Source: Actinomycetota bacterium (lineage in GTDB: Bacteria > Actinomycetota > UBA4738 > HRBIN12). Taken from it: a stretch of DNA of 64,000 nt. Below the pieces are notes generated by a model. That model searched no databases and was not told where the DNA came from. It saw only the letters and a program-made list of their open reading frames with translations. Position 1 is the first letter of the stretch. Each line of letters starts with the position of its first letter. This document shows positions 43,596 to 52,000 of the stretch, in pieces. The stretch is from NCBI GenBank assembly GCA_035519495.1, contig DATIWE010000061.1, positions 1,832-65,831 of the forward strand, read 5' to 3'. The position numbers and the translations under genes are program-made.

Positions 43596-44973
43596 CGGTC
43601 CCGCCCACCGTGATCCGGCCGATCCGCAAGGTCGGTGAGCCGCTCCCGACCGGCGCCCCCTGCCCGTCCTTGCCGCAGACGCCTTCCCAGGTCTCGAAGT
43701 CGCTGCCCACGGCGTCGACCGAGGACATCACCTCGATCGCGCGACCGATCAGGTTCGCGCCCCGCACGGGGGTCGTGACCGCGCCGCCCTCGATCAGGTA
43801 CCCCTCGGACACCCCGAACACGAAGTCGCCGGTCGCCGGGTTCACCTGTCCGCCGCCGAGCCCGCGGACGTAGATGCCGCGCTCCGTCGAGCGGACGATC
43901 TCCTCGGGATCCTCGCGGCCCGGCAGGATGTTCGTGTTCGTCATGCGGACGATCGGCGGGTGCGCGTAGGACTCGCGCCGCGCGTTGCCGGTCGGCGCGA
44001 CGCCCATCTTCGCGGCCAGCATCCGGTCCTGGAGGAACCCCTGGAGCACCCCTTGGGTGAACAGCACGGTGCGCTGCCCCGGCTCGCCCTCGTCGTCGAA
44101 GTCGAAGGACCCCCAGCCGTTGGGGATGGTGGCGTCGTCCACGCCGTCGATCAGCTCGCTGGCGCACCGCGTCCCGACGAGACCGCGGTACACCGACGCC
44201 TCCTTGTCCACGGCGTCGGCCTCGAGCGGATGGCCGACGGCCTCGTGGAACAGGACGCCGCCGCACCCGTTCGCGACGACGACCGGCATCTCGCCGGCCG
44301 GGGCCGGGATCGAATCGAGCATCGTCACGGCGCGGCTCGCCGCACGCTCCGCCGTCACCCTCGGCGGGTGCGCGTCCAGGAACTCCACGCCGGCGCACGC
44401 TGCGGGCCCGTCCCAGCCGGTCTGGATGACGTCGCCGCGCTTCGCGACGACCTGAGCCACCAGGCGGATGCGCGGGCGCAGCTCGTCGATCCACCGACCG
44501 TCGGAGGCCGCGATCAATCGTCGCTGCGCCGAGTCCATGTAGATGCCGGTGACCTGCACGACCTCGGGACTGATGCCGCGGGCCACCTCGTCGACCTCGC
44601 GTAACCACCGCACCTTGTCGGCGGCCGGCAGTCCGTCGGCCGGCCGCTCGGCGCGGTTCGTGCCGGGGCCGGTGCGCTCGGTGAGATCGACGATGGCGCC
44701 CGGCGCGTCGCCGCGGAGCGCGGCGCTCGCGGCCTCGGCCGCCGCGAGCAGGGCGTCGCGGTCGAGCCGGTTCGAGTAGGCGTAGCCGTACGTGGTCCCG
44801 AGGGTCACGCGGACGCCCGCGCCGCGGTCCAACCCGGTGGTGAGCTCCTCGATCGTGCCGTCGTCCAGCCGGATCGATGTCGAGGATCGTTCCTCGACGA
44901 ACACCTCCGCGACGTCACCGCCCTTGCGGCGGGCGGCGCGCAGGACTTCCTCGACGAGATCGCGGTCGAGCAC
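43588..44973 (-). CDS. tldD: TldD family metalloprotease
   Basis: FHEAVGHPLEAD, DDEG, RMTNT and GGGQV motifs. Leaderless GTG 44973. Confidence 0.93.
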   Translation of the reverse strand: MLDRDLVEEVLRAARRKGGDVAEVFVEERSSTSIRLDDGTIEELTTGLDRGAGVRVTLGTTYGYAYSNRLDRDALLAAAEAASAALRGDAPGAIVDLTERTGPGTNRAERPADGLPAADKVRWLREVDEVARGISPEVVQVTGIYMDSAQRRLIAASDGRWIDELRPRIRLVAQVVAKRGDVIQTGWDGPAACAGVEFLDAHPPRVTAERAASRAVTMLDSIPAPAGEMPVVVANGCGGVLFHEAVGHPLEADAVDKEASVYRGLVGTRCASELIDGVDDATIPNGWGSFDFDDEGEPGQRTVLFTQGVLQGFLQDRMLAAKMGVAPTGNARRESYAHPPIVRMTNTNILPGREDPEEIVRSTERGIYVRGLGGGQVNPATGDFVFGVSEGYLIEGGAVTTPVRGANLIGRAIEVMSSVDAVGSDFETWEGVCGKDGQGAPVGSGSPTLRIGRITVGGTGA

Positions 44974-45034
44974 GGCGGCGATGCTACCAGTGGCCTGGGG
45001 CGCGAACGCTCGGTGGTACGGTCGCTCGGCGGAC

Positions 45035-46939
45035 GTGGCGATCACCGACGAAGCGACGAGCGAGACGGCCCCGAGGCTCCGACCGAGCCAAGCCCGCGCG
45101 GCGATCGACCTCGCGTTGCTCGTCGCGCTCGGGGCGGTCGTGCTGCGCGTGGCACTGTGGCCGACGGAGATCCACGGGTACCCCTTCGCGGTCGGCCCCG
45201 ACATGCCCGTGTACCTGTGGTGGGCGCGCGTCGGTGCGGCCGGTGGGATCTCGCTGGTCGGCGAGCGCCCCGGAACGCCCGCGCTGATCCCGACACTCGC
45301 CGCGGCGCTCGGGACCGGCATCGTCCCGGCACTCGCCGGGCTTCAGTACGCGCTCGGACCGGCGATCGCGCTCGCCGTCGCCGCGCTCGTGCGCGGCCGC
45401 GGCGCGTTGCCCCGCGGTGGATGGCTCGCCGCGACGATCCTCAGTGCCGCCTGGGCGACCTTCATGGCCGGGGGGTACCTCGCGAACCTCGCCTTCGTGG
45501 CGGCGTTCCTCGCCGCGGCGGCGTTGCTCGCACGCCGCACGCGCCGGGGGGCGCTCGCCGCGGCCGTACTGCTCGGCGGCGGCGGGCTCGCCCACCCGGA
45601 GTTCTTCGCGTTCGGCGTGTTGGTGCTGCTGGTGACCGCGGCGTGGGCCTGGTGGCGCGACCGGCGCCTGTCGCTCGGCACCGACGCGGGCCGCGTGCTG
45701 GCGGCGACCGGCGGCGGCATCGCCCTGGTGCTATGCGGGCTGCTCGCGAGCCTGATCGGACCGGCGCGGCTCGGCGGCGACACCTCGATGGACGGCCTGC
45801 TCCGGCGGACCGGCCAACTCGACGCGCTGCGGCGCAGCTACGTCGACCGGCTCGTCCTGAACTGGCGCCGCTACGCGCCGTTCATGACGAGCGCGCTCGC
45901 GATCGCTGGGGCGTTCCGGGCCCGCGGGTTCACGCGGCGGTTCCTCGTCGCCTGGGTCGTCCTCACCGCGATCATGGTTCCGGTCGGCGCCGTCACGGGT
46001 TGGTTCCCGCCGGACCGGATCGTGATGTTCGCGTTCTGCCTCCCGGCGCTCGCGGGGTTCGGGCTGGTGTGGATCGGCGACCGGCTCGGCCGCTGGTGGC
46101 TCGCGTGGCCGGCCGGCATCGTCCTCGTGACGTTGATCGTGCTTCCCGCGCTGCGCGACTGGCGGGCGCAGGAGACGTACGTGTCGCCGGCCGAACTCGA
46201 GCAGGTGACGCTCGCCGGACGCATCGCCGCGACCACCCCGCCCGGCACCGCGCTCGTGTTCACCACCGACAGCCCGGACACGCAGGTGGCACTGTTCCGC
46301 CGCTCGCACCTGCTGAACGTGGCCCGCGCCGGCGTGCCGCCCGAACGCGCCGACGACGTCTTCACGTTCCTCGGCCGGCCGCACGACCTCCTGGCCGGCC
46401 GGCCGAGCGAGCGGAACGATGCCGCCTACGACGCGGCCTCGGCGGATTCGCTCGCCCAGATCCCACCGGGCCCGCGGGTCGTCTTCGTGATCGGCGAGGT
46501 GAACGATCCCGCGGCGCTCGGCGCCTCGGGTCTGACGCGCTGGTCGGCCGGCCTCGCGAGCACGGCGGCCGACCCGCGACGCCTGCCTGCCTCGGCCGGC
46601 GAGCTGCGCGCGTCGGACCCCTCGACGATCGAACGGACCACGGTGCTGACCTTCGCCATGCTGGTGACCCTCGGCCTCGGCTGGGGGTGGTGGGCGATGG
46701 GCGACCTCCCCGGCGGATTCGCCATCGCGCCCGCGTTCGGTGCGGCGACGCTGACGCTCGCGGCGCTCGGCCTAGAGCGGATCGGAGCCGACCTCGAGCG
46801 CGGGACGACCGCCGCCCTCGCGTGCGTGCTCGCGGGCGGCATCGGCTACGCGCTGCTCGTCGCCCGGCTGCTCGGGCGCCGACGCCGGCGCGCCGCCCCG
46901 GGGCTCGTCCTCGAAGGGCCATCCGAACGCGATGCGTGA
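45035..46939 (+). CDS. Multi-pass membrane protein, possible GT-C fold glycosyltransferase
   Basis: About 13 hydrophobic segments, first-loop motif GPDMPVYLWW, a soluble C-terminal domain and a final 3-TM extension. Confidence 0.6.
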   Translation: MAITDEATSETAPRLRPSQARAAIDLALLVALGAVVLRVALWPTEIHGYPFAVGPDMPVYLWWARVGAAGGISLVGERPGTPALIPTLAAALGTGIVPALAGLQYALGPAIALAVAALVRGRGALPRGGWLAATILSAAWATFMAGGYLANLAFVAAFLAAAALLARRTRRGALAAAVLLGGGGLAHPEFFAFGVLVLLVTAAWAWWRDRRLSLGTDAGRVLAATGGGIALVLCGLLASLIGPARLGGDTSMDGLLRRTGQLDALRRSYVDRLVLNWRRYAPFMTSALAIAGAFRARGFTRRFLVAWVVLTAIMVPVGAVTGWFPPDRIVMFAFCLPALAGFGLVWIGDRLGRWWLAWPAGIVLVTLIVLPALRDWRAQETYVSPAELEQVTLAGRIAATTPPGTALVFTTDSPDTQVALFRRSHLLNVARAGVPPERADDVFTFLGRPHDLLAGRPSERNDAAYDAASADSLAQIPPGPRVVFVIGEVNDPAALGASGLTRWSAGLASTAADPRRLPASAGELRASDPSTIERTTVLTFAMLVTLGLGWGWWAMGDLPGGFAIAPAFGAATLTLAALGLERIGADLERGTTAALACVLAGGIGYALLVARLLGRRRRRAAPGLVLEGPSERDA

Positions 46940-48406
46940 GCGCAGATCCGAGATCACGGCGATCACGAACACGATGAGCACCGGCACGACGAGCCAATCG
47001 CCGATCGCGACGTTCAACGCGAAGCCACCCGGATAGCGGTAGGCCTCGGCCGACCAGAGGGTCACGCCCAGCAGGGCGCCGGTCGCGATCAGGGCGGTGC
47101 GCGGCACCTTCGGGAGGACCCACACGAGCGGCATCGCCCACACCACGTACCAGGGCAGGAGCACCGGCCCGAGGAGCGTCAGGAGCACGAGCGCCCACCC
47201 CCACGCCGCGGCCTGTTCGCGCGGCGGCATCTCCCCTCCCGCGGCGCGACGCCACACCGCACGGGCCAGCATCGCCAGGCACGCGAACAGCAGCACCGCC
47301 GCCGCGACCCGGACCACCCAGCCGAGCGTGTGGAACGTCAGCGCGTCGAACCCCCGCGCGAGCACGCTCGCCGGAGCGAGCCAGCCCTCGTGCCCCGCCA
47401 GCTCGAGCATCCCGAGCGTCGGGTCATGCAGCTGGAAGTAGGGGAACGACAACACGACCGTGATCGCGGCCGGCACCCCGATCGCGGCCAACGCCGTCCG
47501 GATGCGCCGTTCGCGCGGGACACTCCCGATGCACCACACCAGGAGCAGCAGCAGCGGGAGCACGGCCGTCGCCTTCACGAGCGCGCCGAGCGTGAGGACC
47601 GCGATCGCGAGCAGCCGGTGGTCGGCGGCCACCAACGCGAACGCGCCCGCGATCGCGAGCGCGACCAGCAGGTCGTTGTGCCCGCTCGCGACCGAGTGGA
47701 ACAGGATCACCGGGTTCGCACCGAAGGCCACCAGCGCGAACACCGTGCGCTCCGGCCAGAGCCGCCGCACCGTCCACACGATCACGCCGCAGGTGGCGAG
47801 GCTCGCCGCGATCGCCAGGTAGCGGTACGCGTCGACGTGATCGGCCGGCAGCGGGAGGAACCTCGACAGGACGGCGGACAGCGACGTCCAGGCCGGTCCG
47901 TACACCGCCGGGGTGTCGACCCAGCGCGGGCCGACGTAGTTCCACAGGAGATCGCCCGTGTGATCGAGCGGCGTCTGCACGTAGGGGTTGCCGCCGTAGA
48001 TCGCGGCGATCCGGCCGTAGTACGCGTAGGAGTAGACGTCGTTGGAGAACAGGAGCGGCTCGAACAGCAGCAGCGCGTGGGCGCCGATCACGAGCACGGC
48101 GGCCGCGGCCAGGCGGATGGTGCCGCGGAACGCCTCGCGCAGCAGGACGAGGAACCCCGCCGTCGCGAGCAGCGCGACGACCACGCCGATCGCCAGCTGG
48201 GGATCGCCGTGCACCACATCGAGATGCAGCGCGGTCGCGAGCTGGCGCAGCGGACCCCTCGGCCGTCCGTTCGGCGTCAAGGTCGGCTGGTACGGGGAGC
48301 GGGGCGTGGCGCCGACGACCGCCATCACGAACAGCCCGGCCGCCGCGAACGCGAGGCTCCGCACCGCGGCCGAGGAGGTCCCGCGTGTGCGAGTGCCCGT
48401 TCCCAC
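46772..48406 (-). CDS. Polyprenol-phosphomannose-dependent alpha-1,6-mannosyltransferase-like (MptA/MptB, GT-C)
   Basis: LFSNDVYSYAYYGRI, PAVYGP, NPVIL...GHND and VLLPWY motifs. Confidence 0.8.
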   Translation of the reverse strand: MGTGTRTRGTSSAAVRSLAFAAAGLFVMAVVGATPRSPYQPTLTPNGRPRGPLRQLATALHLDVVHGDPQLAIGVVVALLATAGFLVLLREAFRGTIRLAAAAVLVIGAHALLLFEPLLFSNDVYSYAYYGRIAAIYGGNPYVQTPLDHTGDLLWNYVGPRWVDTPAVYGPAWTSLSAVLSRFLPLPADHVDAYRYLAIAASLATCGVIVWTVRRLWPERTVFALVAFGANPVILFHSVASGHNDLLVALAIAGAFALVAADHRLLAIAVLTLGALVKATAVLPLLLLLVWCIGSVPRERRIRTALAAIGVPAAITVVLSFPYFQLHDPTLGMLELAGHEGWLAPASVLARGFDALTFHTLGWVVRVAAAVLLFACLAMLARAVWRRAAGGEMPPREQAAAWGWALVLLTLLGPVLLPWYVVWAMPLVWVLPKVPRTALIATGALLGVTLWSAEAYRYPGGFALNVAIGDWLVVPVLIVFVIAVISDLRSRIAFGWPFEDEPRGGAPASAPEQPGDEQRVADAAREHAREGGGRPALEVGSDPL

Positions 48407-48455
48407 GATGCGTCCGACGGTAGCACCGGACCGCCGGCCGAGGAGGTCCCGCGTG
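48367..48455 (+). repeat. Perfect 21-bp direct repeat
   Basis: CGGCCGAGGAGGTCCCGCGTG at 48367-48387 and 48435-48455. Confidence 0.9.
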
Positions 48456-48468
48456 GGAGGATGCCCGC

Positions 48469-49212
48469 ATGCCGCGCGGCATGAAGCTCGGGCTCGGGAT
48501 CGCGCTCACGTTGATCGGTCTGTTCATGACGATCGGCGGCGTCGCGATCATGGCGTGGGTCGGGCTGGACGGGTCGTTCGCCCTGTCCGAGTCACGAGCC
48601 GTGAGCGACGGGAACGCTCTCGTGTTCGACGACATCGACATCGAGCGGCACCTGCCCTCCAGCGGCAACCTCGCCACGACGCTCGAGCTGCGTGTCCACG
48701 GGAGCCACAAGGACGTCTTCATCGGGGTCGGCCCGGCGGCCCTCGTCGCACGCTACCTGCGCGGCGTGCCCGTCGACCGGATCGTGCAGGTGAACTGGGC
48801 CGGCGGCGTCCGCACCGAATCGGTCCCCGGTTCGGCGGCGCCCCCGGGTCCGCCCGCGACGAGGAAGCTCTGGACCGTGCAGGCGCAGGGGTCCACGGCG
48901 TCGATCCACTGGACCCTCGCGAACGGCGATTGGATCGTCGTGATCATGAACGCGGACGCGTCGGCGGGGGTGGACGTCACCGGCTCGGCGTCGGTCACGC
49001 TGCCGCTGCTCGGACCCATCGGCGCCGTCGTCCTCGTGGTGGGTCTCGGGTTCCTCGTCGCGGGCATCGTGCTGACGATCAGCGGAACGAAGATGGCGCC
49101 GGCGTCGGCCTCCGGCACGGCGCCTCCCGACGTCGCCGGCCCGGAGGACGGGCGTCGGGACGTGCCCGCGGGCACGGCTGAGGCGCCGCCGCCGAGGCCG
49201 GACACGGGCTGA
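48469..49212 (+). CDS. Hypothetical membrane protein (TM - extracytoplasmic beta domain - TM)
   Basis: RBS GGAGG; DVFIGVG and WIVVIMNADAS segments between two hydrophobic helices. Confidence 0.75.
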   Translation: MPRGMKLGLGIALTLIGLFMTIGGVAIMAWVGLDGSFALSESRAVSDGNALVFDDIDIERHLPSSGNLATTLELRVHGSHKDVFIGVGPAALVARYLRGVPVDRIVQVNWAGGVRTESVPGSAAPPGPPATRKLWTVQAQGSTASIHWTLANGDWIVVIMNADASAGVDVTGSASVTLPLLGPIGAVVLVVGLGFLVAGIVLTISGTKMAPASASGTAPPDVAGPEDGRRDVPAGTAEAPPPRPDTG

Positions 49213-49244
49213 AGGACGCGCGGCTTCGCTGCTACGCTCCGAAG

Positions 49245-49544
49245 ATGGACGAGAACCGGGGGCCCGCGCTGGGGATCGCCGCTGTGGCGATCGTGTTCCT
49301 GGCGTTGCTGCCCTTCCTGATCCCGACGCTCATCTGGCTCGTCCTCACCGGGTACGCGATCACGAAGGCGATCGGCTCAGCGCCCGACTCGGCGGACGGC
49401 ACCGCCGTGCTCCTGGCCGTTGTCGCGATCGTGACGTTCTTCACGCTCGCGATCGCCGGCGCGATCTACGCGATCGGCCGCTCGATGACGCCGAAGAAGC
49501 GGCGCGACCGCGACGCCGGCATCCCGAGCCAGCTGCCCGCCTAA
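49245..49544 (+). CDS. Hypothetical 99-aa 2-TM protein
   Basis: Two hydrophobic helices; -10 TACGCT 6 nt before the ATG. Confidence 0.7.
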   Translation: MDENRGPALGIAAVAIVFLALLPFLIPTLIWLVLTGYAITKAIGSAPDSADGTAVLLAVVAIVTFFTLAIAGAIYAIGRSMTPKKRRDRDAGIPSQLPA

Positions 49545-50326
49545 CGGGCCCGGGCCGCCCAGCGCCCGTCCCGCCGCTCGACCGCGACGTCCATCTCGAA
49601 GCACGCCGAGAGGGCGCCCTCCGACACCACGTCGTCGACCGGTCCCGCCGCGAAGACCCGGCCCCGCCGGAGCAGCGCGCCGTGCGTGACGGTCGGCGGG
49701 ATCTCCTCGAGGTGGTGGGTCGCGAGGAGCGTGGTCGGCCCGTCGCGGCGTTCGGCGATCGACGACATCGCCGATAGCAGCCGTTCGCGGGCGGGCAGAT
49801 CGAGCCCGGCGGCCGGCTCGTCGAACAGCACGAGCGGGCGGGCGCCGAACAGCGCACGGGCGATCAGGATGCGCTGCCGCTCGCCGAGAGAACACGCCGC
49901 CAGCGGGCGAAGCGCGAGCTCGCCGCAGCCCATGTCCGTCAACGCGACCAGCGCCCGTTCCCGATCCGCGGAGCCGAGCTCCTGCGACCACGTCTCCAGG
50001 ACGGACGCCTTGCCGGTGAGCACGACGTCGATCGCCCTGGCCTGCGGACGAAGACGGTCCGCGACGGCGTGCGACACGTGCCCGATGCGCCGCCGGAGCC
50101 GGCGAACGTCCGTCCGGCCGAGCTCGACGCCCAGCACCTGCACGGCGCCGGCCGACGGCTGGCGCCACGCGCCGGCGAGCGACAGCAGCGTCGTCTTCCC
50201 GCTGCCGTTCGGTCCGAGGAACACCCACTGCTGTCCCGTTCGCACGCACAGATCGACCGGGCCGAGGATCGTGCGCCCGTCGACGCGCACGGTCGCACCC
50301 TCGAAGGCGACGGCCTCGCTGTTCAC
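49541..50326 (-). CDS. ABC ATP-binding protein (ModF/YlmA-like), no permease nearby
   Basis: GPNGSGKTT, SLGERQ, FDEP and THH motifs. GTGA overlap with the ABC-F gene. Confidence 0.85.
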   Translation of the reverse strand: MNSEAVAFEGATVRVDGRTILGPVDLCVRTGQQWVFLGPNGSGKTTLLSLAGAWRQPSAGAVQVLGVELGRTDVRRLRRRIGHVSHAVADRLRPQARAIDVVLTGKASVLETWSQELGSADRERALVALTDMGCGELALRPLAACSLGERQRILIARALFGARPLVLFDEPAAGLDLPARERLLSAMSSIAERRDGPTTLLATHHLEEIPPTVTHGALLRRGRVFAAGPVDDVVSEGALSACFEMDVAVERRDGRWAARAR

Positions 50327-51915
50327 CGGACGGCCACGCCGTACGGCGACTCGAGCAGTTCGGTGACCGTGCCGTCCTCGTCGAAGAACAGGAACCGGTC
50401 GAGCAGCCGCATGAACCACCGATCGTGCGTGACCGCCACCACCGTCCCTTCGTACCGACCCAGCGCCTCCTCCAGGGCGTCGGCGGACGCGACGTCGAGG
50501 TTGTCCGTCGGCTCGTCGAGCAGCAGCATCGTCGGCGAATCGATCTCCATCAGGAGGATCTGGAACCGCGCTTGTTGTCCGCCCGAGAGCAGGCTGTACG
50601 GGTTCTGAGCAACGTGATCGAGCTCGTACCGGCGGAGCGCGGACATCGCCCTCGTGCGGTCGAGGCCCTTCGACCGGAGGACATCGCCGATCGGTTTGTC
50701 GCCGACGTCGGCGCGCTCGTGCGATTGCGCGAAATGCCCGGGCGTCACGCGTGCACCGAGCGTCCACTCGCCGCCGTGGACGGTCTCCTCACCGGCGAGC
50801 AGCCGCAGGAAGTGCGTCTTCCCGGTTCCGTTCGGACCCACGACGCCGACGCGCTCGCCGAAACGCATCTCCGTATCGAACGGCTGCACGATGCCGGCGA
50901 TCGACAGCCCGCGCGCCCGGAACGCGACCTTGCCGGTCCGTCCGCCCGCCAGGCGCATGCGCACCTCCTGGTCGGCGGCTCGCTCCGGCGGCGTCTCCCG
51001 ATCCTCGAACCGCTCCAGCCGGTGCTCTGCGGAGCGGGCCTTCGAGGCCCAGCCGTCGTTGTACGCCGCCTTCCGCTTCATCTCCTTCACCATGTCGCTC
51101 AGTCGCCGGTGCTCCTCCTCGTAGCGACGATGCCGCTCGTCGAGCCGCTCCAGGCGAGCCTCCCGCGCGTCGGCGTACGTGGAGAAGCCGCCCACATGGG
51201 TCCACGCCGCTCGCCCTTCCAGCGTCACGATCCTCGTGGCGGCGCGATCGAGCACCGTCCGATCGTGCGAGACGAACAGGATCGCCCGAGGATCGTCGCG
51301 GATCGTGGTCTCGAGCCACTCCTTCCCCGCCATGTCCAGCGCGTTGTCGGGCTCGTCCAGCAGCAGCACGTCGAACGCCGAGGAGAACACGATCTCCAGC
51401 GCCAGCCGCTTGCGCTCGCCGCCGGACAGCGTGGTGATCGAGCGATCGGCGCTCTCGGGGAAGCCGCCGCCGAACGCCCGATGCGCGCAGCGGTCCCACA
51501 GGACCTCGGCGCGGTATCCGCCAGCCTGCTCCCACGCGGACAGCGCGGCCGCGTACGCCAGCTGGGCGTGCTCGTCGGGATCCGCGGCCAGCCGATCCTC
51601 CGCCGCACGCAGCCGCTCGGCCGCCTGACGGACCGGCTGCTCGCTGTAGGCGAGCAGGAACTCCCGCAGGGGGATCGGCCCGTCGGTCGATCCGATGAAT
51701 TGCCGCATCAGCCCGACGCGGCCGTCGACATGGATCGAGCCGGCGGCGGGCCGCTCCTCGGCGGCGATCAACCGCAGCAACGTGGTCTTGCCGATGCCGT
51801 TCGCGCCGATCAGGCCGACGTGCTCGCCGTCGGGCACGCGGAAGGACACCTCCTGGAAGAGGGTCCATCCGCCCGGCAGCGCGACGGTCACGTCCGTCAG
51901 TTCGACGAAGCCCAT
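50323..51915 (-). CDS. ABC-F family ATPase
   Basis: Two NBDs (GANGIGKTT/LSGGE/LLDEP/SHDR and GPNGTGKT/LSGGQ/LLDEP/THDR) joined by a helical linker, no TM segments. Confidence 0.93.
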   Translation of the reverse strand: MGFVELTDVTVALPGGWTLFQEVSFRVPDGEHVGLIGANGIGKTTLLRLIAAEERPAAGSIHVDGRVGLMRQFIGSTDGPIPLREFLLAYSEQPVRQAAERLRAAEDRLAADPDEHAQLAYAAALSAWEQAGGYRAEVLWDRCAHRAFGGGFPESADRSITTLSGGERKRLALEIVFSSAFDVLLLDEPDNALDMAGKEWLETTIRDDPRAILFVSHDRTVLDRAATRIVTLEGRAAWTHVGGFSTYADAREARLERLDERHRRYEEEHRRLSDMVKEMKRKAAYNDGWASKARSAEHRLERFEDRETPPERAADQEVRMRLAGGRTGKVAFRARGLSIAGIVQPFDTEMRFGERVGVVGPNGTGKTHFLRLLAGEETVHGGEWTLGARVTPGHFAQSHERADVGDKPIGDVLRSKGLDRTRAMSALRRYELDHVAQNPYSLLSGGQQARFQILLMEIDSPTMLLLDEPTDNLDVASADALEEALGRYEGTVVAVTHDRWFMRLLDRFLFFDEDGTVTELLESPYGVAVR

Positions 51916-52000
51916 CGCTGCAGCATACGAAGCCCGTTCGGAGCGGGTTGCAGCTTCGTTGGCCGACCGATAGCGTCGGGTACTAGGGAGGGACGCAGGC

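Noticed and set aside
42252-44973. tldD-pmbA as part of a RiPP (microcin-like) biosynthetic cluster
   Set aside because: No precursor peptide, YcaO or other modifying enzyme, or exporter is adjacent. It looks like the housekeeping pair.
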